A program made the translations under genes and the position numbers. Below are positions 19,252 to 28,234 of a DNA stretch of 64,000 nucleotides, in pieces. Position 1 is the stretch's first letter. The number at the start of each line of letters is the position of its first letter. Source of the stretch: Trueperaceae bacterium. Lineage in GTDB: Bacteria; Deinococcota; Deinococci; Deinococcales; Trueperaceae. The stretch covers positions 1,312,001-1,376,000 of the forward strand of contig OZ243927.1 of the NCBI GenBank assembly GCA_965213925.1. Direction: 5' to 3'. The notes beneath the pieces were generated by a model that was not told the DNA's origin, searched no databases, and was given only the letters and a program-made list of their open reading frames with translations.

Positions 19252-20522
19252 ACCTCTCGAGGTAAAACGAGCGTAAACACCGCCCCACCCTCTGGATGAT
19301 TACGCGCGTCCAACGTCCCCCCGTGCGCCTCCACGAGCGCTTTCGCGATAGAGAGTCCCAAGCCCGAGCCGCCACCCAAACCACTACCGTCTTTCTGGCG
19401 CGTCCTCGAGGCGTCCCCCCGGTAAAAGCGCTCGAAAGCTCGACCGAGCTTATCGGGCGAGAGACCCGGTCCGTGGTCGCGCACCCAAACTTTGACGTGC
19501 TCCTCTTCTGCTTTAGCGCCGAGTTCGACGCTGCCCGGCGCGGCGTAGCGAACCGCGTTATCCAAGAGGTTGTTCAAGACTTGGGTAATGCGGTCGGGGT
19601 CAATAAAGGCAGTAAGGGCGTCGTCAACTAAGTAGAGACTCAAACTGACATTAGCTTGAGCCGCTCGCGCCCCAAACGCCTGAGCGCCCCGCTCTAAAAG
19701 AGGACGAATCTGCGTCTCTTCGCGTCGCAAGGACAGCCCGCCCCCTTCGGCTAGGGTGAGCGTGCGCAGGTCGCCCACCAGGCGCGAGAGCATCATCACC
19801 TCACCGTGGAGGCGTCCTAGACCGGCGTCGTCCAGTTCGACCACGCCGTCTTGCATCCCCTCCAATTCGCTGCGCATCACCGCTAAAGGTGTGCGCAAGT
19901 CGTGGGCGATGTCGGCGACGAGGTTGCGCTGTGAGACCTCTTGGCGTTCTAAACCCGTGACGAGGTGGTTGAAGGCTTCGGTCAGGCTACGCAGTTCGTC
20001 GCGGTTACGGGGCAGCTCGAGCCTCAGCCCCCGCTCCCCCGCCTCGAAACGCCGCGCCCCGTCAGTCAGCGCTCTTAGAGGACGGGTGAGAAAGCGCGTC
20101 GCGAAAGCGGCGACGCCCGAGGCGAGTAGGAACGACAAGAACGCTGCGAGAAAGGCGGTGCGCGTCACCTGCTGGAAGGCTTCGCGGATCGGCGCGTACG
20201 CGACGTTGTCCATGTCGGGTCTACTGCTCCCAAATGCGCCTCTCCCAAACATACCTTCCTCGGTATCTTCGTTGTGACCCGACCAGTTCCACCAGGAATG
20301 CTCCGACGTGTCTGGATAGGTCGGACCTGCCGCCTCGAACAGCGCGCGCTGCACCTCGAAGACCGCGCCCAGTGTGAGCCACGTGGTGAGGCTGACCGCC
20401 GTGAGCGCGACGAAAGCGAACATGAAGGTGAGGCGGCGGCGCAGCCCCCAGCGTGAGCGGCGTTTGGGACGCCAGCCCTTCTTGTGATACCGCCAGGAAT
20501 GTGGACGCCAACCTCTCGCCAT
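19248..20522 (-). CDS. HAMP-domain sensor histidine kinase (BaeS-like)
   Basis: Two TM segments, HAMP domain, IAHDLRTPL H-box, NLLDNA, DHGPG, GLGLSIA. Confidence 0.95.
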   Translation of the reverse strand: MARGWRPHSWRYHKKGWRPKRRSRWGLRRRLTFMFAFVALTAVSLTTWLTLGAVFEVQRALFEAAGPTYPDTSEHSWWNWSGHNEDTEEGMFGRGAFGSSRPDMDNVAYAPIREAFQQVTRTAFLAAFLSFLLASGVAAFATRFLTRPLRALTDGARRFEAGERGLRLELPRNRDELRSLTEAFNHLVTGLERQEVSQRNLVADIAHDLRTPLAVMRSELEGMQDGVVELDDAGLGRLHGEVMMLSRLVGDLRTLTLAEGGGLSLRREETQIRPLLERGAQAFGARAAQANVSLSLYLVDDALTAFIDPDRITQVLNNLLDNAVRYAAPGSVELGAKAEEEHVKVWVRDHGPGLSPDKLGRAFERFYRGDASRTRQKDGSGLGGGSGLGLSIAKALVEAHGGTLDARNHPEGGAVFTLVLPREV

Positions 20523-20531
20523 GCATCTATC

Positions 20532-21218
20532 CTAACCGCGCAACCTGTAGCCGACGCCGCGCACCGTCTCCAACTGCTCGCCGCAGCCGCGCAATTTGCG
20601 CCGCACGTTCTTCACGTGCGCGTCCACGGTACGTTCGTCCGCGAAGCGCTCGGCGTCGCCCGAGGCGGCGAGGAGTTCGGCTCTCGAGCGCACCCGCCCT
20701 GGTTCCTTCGCTAACGCCGCCAGCAATCTCAGTTCGCTCGCCGTAAGGTCTACCTCTCGAGTTTTCCCCTTGTCGCGACACACGACTTCAAAGCGCCCCG
20801 CGTCCACCTCCAAACCTCCGACCTTGAAGACCTCTTGCGTGACGAGCTGACCACTCGAGCGCCGCAAGACCGCCTTGATGCGCGCCACGACCTCTCTCGG
20901 GCTGTAGGGCTTCACCACGTAGTCGTCCGCGCCCAGACCGAGCCCCAAGAGCTTGTCCACCTCTTCATCCCTCGCGGTCAGCATGATGATCGGCACGCCC
21001 GACTCACTGCGTATACGCCGCGCCACTTCGAAACCGTCCACAACGGGCAGCATGAGGTCTAACAGGACGAAGTCGGGCTGCGCGGCTCGCCACAGCTCCA
21101 AAGCCCGCGCCCCGTCTTTGGCGCGTTCGGTGCGGAAGCCCTCGCGTTTTAAGTAGTCCTCGAGGATATCCGCCAAGCGCGTCTCGTCCTCGACGATCAG
21201 GATAGTTTCCATTGGCAA
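20532..21218 (-). CDS. OmpR/BaeR family response regulator
   Basis: VEDE, LDLMLP, LTAR, DDYVVKP, VDAHVKNVRRKL, TVRGVGY. Confidence 0.95.
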   Translation of the reverse strand: MPMETILIVEDETRLADILEDYLKREGFRTERAKDGARALELWRAAQPDFVLLDLMLPVVDGFEVARRIRSESGVPIIMLTARDEEVDKLLGLGLGADDYVVKPYSPREVVARIKAVLRRSSGQLVTQEVFKVGGLEVDAGRFEVVCRDKGKTREVDLTASELRLLAALAKEPGRVRSRAELLAASGDAERFADERTVDAHVKNVRRKLRGCGEQLETVRGVGYRLRG

Positions 21219-21366
21219 TGCTCCTTAGATGATAAAGGGGAGCTTAGAAATGAAGGTGAAAGGATTGAGGACTGAGGTGAAAGAGCACTTCTCTTTCACC
21301 TCAGTCCTTTTCTCTCAGTCCTTTATATACCGAATCTTAGACACTTTCACACTGAGTCTCGCTCGA

Positions 21367-21828
21367 CTAGCTCTCGCTGAGCGTCCTCCTGACCGTCTCG
21401 AACTCCTCTTTCGTGATTTCGCCTTTGGCGAAGCGGGTGCGGGCGATATCCAGGGCGCGTTCGCGTCCCCAACTGCTCCCTAAATTGCTCCCTAAATTGC
21501 TGAGGTCAGGGAAGCTCGGATCGTTCCTCTTGTCGCCCTCGTCGCCACCTAAACCGCTGCGGATCGTCTCAAACTCTTCAGCGCTGATTTTGCCCTGGGC
21601 AAAACGCTCTTTCGCCATCTTGAGGGCGCTGTCTTCGCCGCTACTATCACCGTCCCAGCGGCTCCAGCCGCGACCTCTTCCGAACGGGGGGCGGTAGCGT
21701 CCGCGCCGCCCTAAGATGAAGGTGCGGAAAAACCAGACCACCGTGATAAAAAAGAGGATCGTCCCTAAGAAATTGAGAAAGCCTAAGCCGAACCCGTAAC
21801 CGTGTCCCATCGCGTGTGCGTACTCCAT
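21367..21828 (-). CDS. SHOCT-domain membrane protein (two SHOCT repeats)
   Basis: One TM segment, then ALKMAKERFAQGKISAEEF and ALDIARTRFAKGEITKEEF. Confidence 0.85.
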   Translation of the reverse strand: MEYAHAMGHGYGFGLGFLNFLGTILFFITVVWFFRTFILGRRGRYRPPFGRGRGWSRWDGDSSGEDSALKMAKERFAQGKISAEEFETIRSGLGGDEGDKRNDPSFPDLSNLGSNLGSSWGRERALDIARTRFAKGEITKEEFETVRRTLSES

Positions 21829-21895
21829 TGTCGGTTCCTTTCCTCGAGCCACTGCGAGTTTTCCCTTCTGCGGGGTGTGGGCTCGAGCTGATAGA

Positions 21896-21950
21896 AGTGT
21901 AGGGCGCAGCCTGTGAAGCGCAGGTGGTGGTTATGTGAACGCAGTGTGAA
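21896..21950 (-). promoter_or_regulatory. Promoter of the SHOCT/two-component operon with TTCACA direct repeats
   Basis: TACACT -10 box (21896-21901, minus strand); TGTGAA on the + strand at 21912, 21934 and 21945 (22- and 11-bp spacing). Confidence 0.55.
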
Positions 21951-21955
21951 TGGGA

Positions 21956-22134
21956 TAGCAGGTCTCAGCCGTTCTCAGGCAAAGCCTAGCGGAACGGCTA
22001 GCGGAACCTCATCTGGTCAGCTACACTCGCACTGAGAAGAACATTGCCTAGCACGCACTTTCAGGGATGAAGTTTCGTTAGCTCTGCGAGCTGAAATCTG
22101 CGGAGAAGTGGTGCAACGATAAGTGGAACTGCTA
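21956..22134. mobile_element. MITE-like non-coding element, TAGCA...TGCTA family, copy 1
   Basis: Ends TAGCAG/CTGCTA; colinear blocks shared with 26788-26990 (TAGCAGGTCTCAGCCGTT, GGCTAGCGGAACCTCATCTGGT, CTAGCACGCAC, TGAAATCTGCG). Confidence 0.65.
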
Positions 22135-22239
22135 GGATTACAAAGGCGGGAGCAGCGTTCAGCACGCCCTTCAACCTCTCGCTTCGCGCCTGTCTCGTGG
22201 CGTCAGTTCCCGCACCACCTCTACGGTATGCTCACCGTG

Positions 22240-23181
22240 ATGATTCAGCGTTTAGAAGCCGTCACGCTAGGCGGCTTAGAGCAGTGGATTTACGTGAGCG
22301 GCGACCCTGAGAAGCCGCTCTTGCTCTTTCTGCACGGCGGTCCCGGCGTCGCGCAAATCGGCTTTGCGGAACGCTTTCAAGGTGAGCTTAAAAAATACTT
22401 TCTGGTCGTCCACTGGGACCAGCGCGGCAGCGGCAAGTCGCTTCGCGTCCGCACACCGAACATGACTTTGGGGCAATATGTCTTAGATGCAGAAGAATTG
22501 TCTCGCTACCTCTTAAAAACTTTCAACAAAGATAAGCTCTACCTCTTGGGTCACTCCTGGGGCGGCGCGTTCGGCGCGAAGGTGGCGCAGCGTGCGCCGG
22601 AGCTGTTTCACGCCTACATCGCTCAGGGGATGCTCGTACACGGTGAGGAGAACAAACGGCTCTCTTACGAGCGTGTTCAGGAGCAGTTAGAGAGTTTGGA
22701 AAACCGCGCCACCTTGAAGCGGCTTAAAAACTTGAGCGAACCGCCGCGCACAAAGCAGATACGCGCATTTTTAGTCCAACGCTGGGCAACGTTACGTTCA
22801 GGTGGGCTTTTTCACGACGAGAAATGCTGGCGTATCTACGCCCGCGCGATGCTCAGGTCAAAGACCTACACCTATAGAGATGCGCTCAGCTATCCGCTCG
22901 GCGTGTTCTCGTCCATTAGTTCACTATGGGATGAGGTGCTGGAGGTTGACCTCTTTCGAGATGTGCCGCGCTTAGAGGTGCCTTTTTACCTCCTGATGGG
23001 ACGCTACGACACGGTGACGCCGCCTGAAATTGCAGAGCGGTTTTTGGAGAAGCTGGGGGCTCCCCACAAAGAGAAAATCTGGTTTGAGCATTCCGCGCAC
23101 TGTCCGCACTTAGAAGAGTCTGAGCGGCTCGCGCAGGTACTCGCGGAGCGCGTTCTAGGCAAAGCTGAACCTACGGTCTGA
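22240..23181 (+). CDS. Alpha/beta hydrolase (proline iminopeptidase-like)
   Basis: LHGGPG, WDQRGSGKS, GHSWG, GRYD, SAHCPH. Confidence 0.9.
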   Translation: MIQRLEAVTLGGLEQWIYVSGDPEKPLLLFLHGGPGVAQIGFAERFQGELKKYFLVVHWDQRGSGKSLRVRTPNMTLGQYVLDAEELSRYLLKTFNKDKLYLLGHSWGGAFGAKVAQRAPELFHAYIAQGMLVHGEENKRLSYERVQEQLESLENRATLKRLKNLSEPPRTKQIRAFLVQRWATLRSGGLFHDEKCWRIYARAMLRSKTYTYRDALSYPLGVFSSISSLWDEVLEVDLFRDVPRLEVPFYLLMGRYDTVTPPEIAERFLEKLGAPHKEKIWFEHSAHCPHLEESERLAQVLAERVLGKAEPTV

Positions 23182-23351
23182 GACTCGTACCGCCTACTAC
23201 GGTCACAGGGGGTCGTTTCCTCTAAAGTTTAAGAATTGAAGCGTTCGCTCGCTGAGGGTTTTTGATGAAAGTTTCGAGGTTCGGATGACAAAACAGAACA
23301 GTAAAGGAGACCGAGTGAGACTGACCTGGCTGAACCGTAGAAGAATGATGT

Positions 23352-24320
23352 ATGCCTGACGCCGCCATCGTCGTTGAAAACGTTCACAAGAGGTTCGGCG
23401 ACGTCGAAGCCTTGGCGGGCGTCGAACTTCGCGCCGAAGCGGGCAAGGTCTTTGGACTTTTAGGACCGAACGGCGCGGGCAAAACGACGCTCGTGCGCAT
23501 CCTCACCACGCTCCTCCAACCGGACAAGGGCGAGGTGCGCGTGCTCGGGCTCGACGTGACGCGCGAGGCGGAGACGCTGCGCGGGATCATCGGGCTCGCC
23601 GGGCAGTACGCCGCCGTGGACGAGAACCTGACCGGGCGCGAGAACTTGGAGATGGTCGGGCAGCTTTATCACCTGGGGCGGCGCGAGGCGAAGAAGCGGG
23701 CGCAGGAGGTCTTGGCACGGTTCTCGCTCGAAGACGCCGCCAACCGTCCTGTCAAAGGCTATTCGGGAGGAATGCGCCGCCGCTTGGACTTAGGCGCGAG
23801 CTTAGTCGGGCGTCCGCAGGTGCTCTTTTTGGACGAGCCCACCACCGGGCTCGACCCGCGCAGCCGCCTGGAGATGTGGGACCTCATCAAAGAACTTGTC
23901 GCAGGCGGGACGACACTCCTCTTGACCACGCAGTACTTAGAGGAAGCCGACGAACTCGCCGAGCGCATCGCGGTGATCGACGAGGGGCGCGTGATTGCTG
24001 AGGGGACGGCGGACACGCTTAAAGCGGAGTTGGCTTCGGACTTTTTGGAGTTGCGGCTCGAGCGCACTTCAGACGTCAACCGCGCCGCCGACGTGCTCCG
24101 CTCGCTAGGTGCGGACGCGCCTCAGGTGGACGAGAGCGCCGGACGCCTCACCCTGCCTGTCTCGGACGGTCCCCAGAGCCTCATCCAAGCAGTGCGGCGG
24201 CTCGACGAGGCGGACATCAGGCTCGCCGACCTGAGCTTGCGCCGTCCCTCGCTCGACGACGTGTTTCTCTCGCTCACCGGACAAAAGCAAGACCAATCTA
24301 ATAGTAGGAGCCGTTCATGA
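23352..24320 (+). CDS. DrrA-family ABC exporter ATP-binding protein
   Basis: GPNGAGKTT, YSGGMRRRLDL, LDEPTTGLDP, LTTQYLEEAD. Confidence 0.93.
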   Translation: MPDAAIVVENVHKRFGDVEALAGVELRAEAGKVFGLLGPNGAGKTTLVRILTTLLQPDKGEVRVLGLDVTREAETLRGIIGLAGQYAAVDENLTGRENLEMVGQLYHLGRREAKKRAQEVLARFSLEDAANRPVKGYSGGMRRRLDLGASLVGRPQVLFLDEPTTGLDPRSRLEMWDLIKELVAGGTTLLLTTQYLEEADELAERIAVIDEGRVIAEGTADTLKAELASDFLELRLERTSDVNRAADVLRSLGADAPQVDESAGRLTLPVSDGPQSLIQAVRRLDEADIRLADLSLRRPSLDDVFLSLTGQKQDQSNSRSRS

Positions 24321-25171
24321 GTCTAAACGCTCAAAATACAGGTGCCCAAAACGCCGAAGCCCGACCCGCCCAACCTTCCTCCCCGACCTTGTGGCAGCGC
24401 GTCTCCTACAACGTCAACGACACGCTCGTCATGGCGTGGCGCAACTTGATCCGTTACACACGGCTGCCGCAACTCTTGGTCTTTTCCACGATCCAGCCCG
24501 TGATGTTCGTCCTGCTCTTCGCCTTCGTTTTCGGCGGCGCGATTGAGACGCCCGGCACGAGCTATATCAACTACCTCATCCCCGGCATCCTCATCCAGAG
24601 CGTGCTCTTCGGCGCGTCGCAGACAACCGTCGGCTTAGCCGAAGACCTCTCGAAAGGGATGGTAGACCGCTTCCGCTCGCTGCCGATGGCGCGGGGCGCG
24701 GTTTTAGCCGGGCGCACCTTGGCGGACAGCGCCCGCAACGTCTTCGTGGTGCTGCTCATGCTCGTAGTCAGCTCGATTATCGGCTTTCGCTTCGAGGGGA
24801 GCATCCTGCAGGCGGTAGGGGCAATCGTTTTAGTGGTCTTTTTCGGCTTTGCCTTCTCTTGGATTTCGGCGCTGATCGGCTTGCTCGTGCGGGACCCTGA
24901 AAGCGCAGATGCGGCGGGCTTTGTCTGGATTTTTCCGCTCGTCTTCGCGAGTTCGGCGTTCGTGCCCGTCCAGACGATGCCGGGGTGGTTGCGCACCTTC
25001 GCGGAGGTGCAGCCCATCTCGGTGACGGTAGACGCGGTGCGCTACCTCACCTCGGGGGGCGCGGCACCGGGCGCGGCGCAAGGGGACGTCTTATGGGCGT
25101 TTATCTGGGCGCTCGGAATCCTCGCGGTGTTCGTGCCTTTAGCCGTGGCGCAGTATCGGCGGAGCACCTGA
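24317..25171 (+). CDS. DrrB-family ABC-2 permease
   Basis: IQPVMFVLLF, DRFRSLPM, SSAFVP..TMPGWL; ATGA overlap with the upstream gene. Confidence 0.92.
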   Translation: MSLNAQNTGAQNAEARPAQPSSPTLWQRVSYNVNDTLVMAWRNLIRYTRLPQLLVFSTIQPVMFVLLFAFVFGGAIETPGTSYINYLIPGILIQSVLFGASQTTVGLAEDLSKGMVDRFRSLPMARGAVLAGRTLADSARNVFVVLLMLVVSSIIGFRFEGSILQAVGAIVLVVFFGFAFSWISALIGLLVRDPESADAAGFVWIFPLVFASSAFVPVQTMPGWLRTFAEVQPISVTVDAVRYLTSGGAAPGAAQGDVLWAFIWALGILAVFVPLAVAQYRRST

Positions 25172-25214
25172 GCAACGTGCGAGAAGAGCGCTCAGATAGC
25201 AGAGTCAGAGTAGG

Positions 25215-26066
25215 ATGAATCCTATCTTAGTGACGGGTGCGACGGGCAATGTCGGCGCGGAAGTTGTTCGTCTTCTTCTGGAGCAAGGCTACCCCGTGAG
25301 AGCGGCGGTGCGGGATGTGGGGAAGGCTCGAGCCAAATTTGGCAACGCCGCCGACTCCACCCCCTTCGACTTCAGCAAGCCGGAAACTTACGACGCTGCT
25401 TTCGAAAACGTTGAAGCGATGTTCCTCATGCGCCCACCTGCCGTAGCGGACGCGAGCAAACTCAACGCGGCTATAGACGCGGCGAAAGCGGCAGGGGTTC
25501 GGCGCGTCGTCTTTCTCTCGCTCCAGGGCGTCGAACGCAATCCTTTTGTGCCGCACGCGAAGACGGAAAAATATCTGAAATCCTCCGGTCTTACCTACAC
25601 GTTTTTACGCGCCTCGTTCTTTATGCAAAACCTAGACACCACGCACCGAAAAGACATCGCGGAATACGGCGAAATCTTCGTGCCTGCAGGCAGAGGTAAA
25701 ACGAGCTTCATCGACGTGCGCGACATCGCGGCGGTGGCGGTCAAAGCGCTGACCGAAGAAGGGCACGAAAACCGCGCGTACGAACTCACAGGCTTAGACG
25801 CGCTCGACTACTTTCAGGTGGCAGCTATTTTCACAGAGGTCTTGGATAAAGAGGTCATCTACCCTAACCCCTCGCCTTGGCGCTTCTGGCGGCGGATGAG
25901 GAAGAGGGGACTGGAAGTCCCCTTTATCCTCGTGATGATCGGGCTCTATACGGTGTGCCGCTTTGGGTTAGCGTCCAACGTGACGCGGAATACGGCGCGG
26001 CTTTTGGGGCGAGAGCCTTTCTCGGTGCGGCAGTACGTGGAGGATTATAGAGAGAGTTGGCTGTGA
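25215..26066 (+). CDS. NmrA-like atypical SDR oxidoreductase
   Basis: ILVTGATGNVG, LRASFFMQN, IDVRDIA. Confidence 0.9.
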   Translation: MNPILVTGATGNVGAEVVRLLLEQGYPVRAAVRDVGKARAKFGNAADSTPFDFSKPETYDAAFENVEAMFLMRPPAVADASKLNAAIDAAKAAGVRRVVFLSLQGVERNPFVPHAKTEKYLKSSGLTYTFLRASFFMQNLDTTHRKDIAEYGEIFVPAGRGKTSFIDVRDIAAVAVKALTEEGHENRAYELTGLDALDYFQVAAIFTEVLDKEVIYPNPSPWRFWRRMRKRGLEVPFILVMIGLYTVCRFGLASNVTRNTARLLGREPFSVRQYVEDYRESWL

Positions 26067-26067
26067 C

Positions 26068-26772
26068 TCAACGGGCTACCTTAAAGTCCAACGTGCCTGA
26101 GAAGGAGCCTGTCGAGACTACATCTTGCGTGCTTCCCTGATAACGTCCGGTCAAGCCTTCCGCACTTACTATAGCGTCCAAACTGAAATCGTCGTCTGAG
26201 CAGCTTACACTGTTGTTACTCAGATCGGTACTGCATTCCAACCACATCGCGTACTGGTCGCCTCGTAAGACTAGACCAAAGCCCCGTTGCGAAAATTGGA
26301 AACCGAGTTGGCGCTCGAGCGTCAGCGCCGCAGGTGTCTCTTGTTGCAGCGTACCCGTGAACTTATTGAAAATGTTGATGGGGAATCCTGTGCAGAGGTC
26401 GAAAGGGATAAGCTCGAGTTCCGCCTCCTCTATACCGTCATCATAGCTTCTATCACTTTCGTAAGTGAGCGTAACCGTCGCTGAATCTTGCACCTCAAAG
26501 GTGAGGGTACCGTCGCCAGAAATCTGCGTTGCAGGTAACGCAGGGGAAAGAGCGTCCTCTGGGCTCGCGCTAAGTATTGCGGTCTCAACGCCTTCTAACT
26601 CGTACTGGATTTGTATCTCGTCACCCGCGCAGGCGTAGCGAGGACCGTAAAATTCAGCCTCGTAGTCAGGCTTTAGAATCGTGACTTCGCCGTTAGCAGG
26701 CACGGACGAGGTCGAGTAACAACCTGCTAACGCTAAGCATAAAAGAGCGCAGAAGACAAAAGACCTAAACAT
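26068..26772 (-). CDS. Hypothetical lipoprotein (paralog of 27446-28234)
   Basis: Lipobox LALAG-C; AGGAAAGG RBS; colinear motifs shared with 27446-28234. Confidence 0.8.
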   Translation of the reverse strand: MFRSFVFCALLCLALAGCYSTSSVPANGEVTILKPDYEAEFYGPRYACAGDEIQIQYELEGVETAILSASPEDALSPALPATQISGDGTLTFEVQDSATVTLTYESDRSYDDGIEEAELELIPFDLCTGFPINIFNKFTGTLQQETPAALTLERQLGFQFSQRGFGLVLRGDQYAMWLECSTDLSNNSVSCSDDDFSLDAIVSAEGLTGRYQGSTQDVVSTGSFSGTLDFKVAR

Positions 26773-26787
26773 CGCTTTCCTTTCCTA

Positions 26788-26990
26788 TAGCAGGTCTCAG
26801 CCGTTAGGCTAGCGGAACCTCATCTGGTTTGAGTGTACGTAGTTTTGCGAAGCAACACTCTCACTATATGAAGCGGCGTTGCAGGCAGCAAACTGCGCAA
26901 CTAGCACGCACGCTGTGAGATAAAGTTCCGTTACAGCAAAGCTGTGAAATCTGCGTTCATTTGTTTCAGTATGTTTTGGAAGTGCTGCTA
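26788..26990. mobile_element. MITE-like non-coding element, TAGCA...TGCTA family, copy 2
   Basis: Colinear with 21956-22134; ends TAGCAG/CTGCTA. Confidence 0.65.
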
Positions 26991-27438
26991 AACAAACGAA
27001 ATGTAATACGAGCAGCGCAAACCCAACGCCGACGGCGCACGCTGCAAGGTCGATTGGATCAAACGTTCCACTCTGGAAATAGCGTGAGTAGCGCGGTCCT
27101 AGCGTTTCTAATTGCGCCCCGATAGAGGCGTGCTGACCCACTTCAAAGATAGTCTCAACGCTTAGCCAGAGCGCAGCACTTAGGAACGCCTTGCGGCGTG
27201 ACACCCCGAGCGCAAGCGTGCTGAGCAAGGTAAAGCTGAAGGCGTGCGTGAGCGAGGGGAGCGAACCGTTAAGTGGACCGAAGATGGCGGGTAAACTGTG
27301 CCTAAGACCAACGGTAAGCTCTAAAGAGAGAAACAGTGCGCCCGCAGGACGGGAGAGGTAGACGAGCGTGCCAAGCGCGAGACTCGTCAAAGCTAAACCA
27401 GCAAGCGTACTTGCAGGCGCACGCACCGCGGCTCTCAC
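26809..27438 (-). CDS. Small integral membrane protein with E-x-x-Q and GTFD-x-x-D motifs (VanZ/DUF2809-like)
   Basis: About 4 TM segments; GSLPSLTHAFSF, FEVGQH, YFQSGTFDPIDL; probable GTG start at 27438; the last ~60 codons run through the MITE. Confidence 0.75.
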   Translation of the reverse strand: MRAAVRAPASTLAGLALTSLALGTLVYLSRPAGALFLSLELTVGLRHSLPAIFGPLNGSLPSLTHAFSFTLLSTLALGVSRRKAFLSAALWLSVETIFEVGQHASIGAQLETLGPRYSRYFQSGTFDPIDLAACAVGVGFALLVLHFVCLAALPKHTETNERRFHSFAVTELYLTACVLVAQFAACNAASYSESVASQNYVHSNQMRFR

Positions 27439-27445
27439 GGAGCTA

Positions 27446-28234
27446 CTACCACGGCTGCTCGGGTAGCAGCGCTTTGTCAAAACTCAGCGTTCCTGAAAAG
27501 GGAATTGCCGAACCTATACCTACGCTGACGCCGCTGTAGCTGCCGCTTAAACCGCGCTCTACAATCTGCGCGTTGACTTGAAACCTCGAGCCGTCATCAC
27601 CTTCGCTCAGATAGTCGAGCTGCGCGGTATCGGCGGCTAATGTGCAGCGTGCGACGAGTTGCGGGGAATGCGCGACGTTTTCACCGGTGGTGAGGTAGAG
27701 CACCGGTTCTGCCGCGCTAGGGTCTGCACCATTTTTGGTGTTCTCGTCTGCACTTGAAGGAGCGGCGACATAGAGTGCGAGCTGGCGCGTGAGGGCGTCG
27801 GCTGTCGGCGAAGCCTGCACCAAGGTTCCTTTATAGAAACCTACGAGCGGAAAGTCGAAGTCTGCGCAGAGGCGCTCGGGTACAAGCTCGAGCGGCAGCG
27901 TAAAGCTTTCGTTTCGTCCTCTACTCAGCGTAACTTCAGCGCGTCCTTGCACTGTCGCTTGCAGCGTGCCGTAAGACTCGACCCTGCGCTCCAAAGGCGG
28001 TTGGAAGCTTCCCGCGGGCTCAGCGCGCAATGTGAGCGCTTCGCCCGGTCCACTCCAAGAGAGGGTAATCGTCTCTCCGCGGCAGGCGTAAATAGGGTGC
28101 TCGTACCCCCTATCGCCAAAGTTGTTAAGCGTTCTAGCGTTTAAGTCGAGAGGAGGCGGCATCGAGGCGAACAGGCTAGCAAGCCCGGCGATAAAAATAG
28201 CGGCGAATAAAGAGGTTTTAAGGGCGCGGTTCAT
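27446..28234 (-). CDS. Exported hypothetical protein with atypical signal peptide (paralog of 26068-26772)
   Basis: MNRALKTSLFAAIFIAGLASLFASMPPP; GGAG RBS before ATG 28234. Confidence 0.8.
   Translation of the reverse strand: MNRALKTSLFAAIFIAGLASLFASMPPPLDLNARTLNNFGDRGYEHPIYACRGETITLSWSGPGEALTLRAEPAGSFQPPLERRVESYGTLQATVQGRAEVTLSRGRNESFTLPLELVPERLCADFDFPLVGFYKGTLVQASPTADALTRQLALYVAAPSSADENTKNGADPSAAEPVLYLTTGENVAHSPQLVARCTLAADTAQLDYLSEGDDGSRFQVNAQIVERGLSGSYSGVSVGIGSAIPFSGTLSFDKALLPEQPW

Noticed and set aside
22123..22239. Upstream start for the alpha/beta hydrolase
   Set aside because: It begins inside the MITE-like element; a TATGCT box just before 22237/22240 indicates the later start
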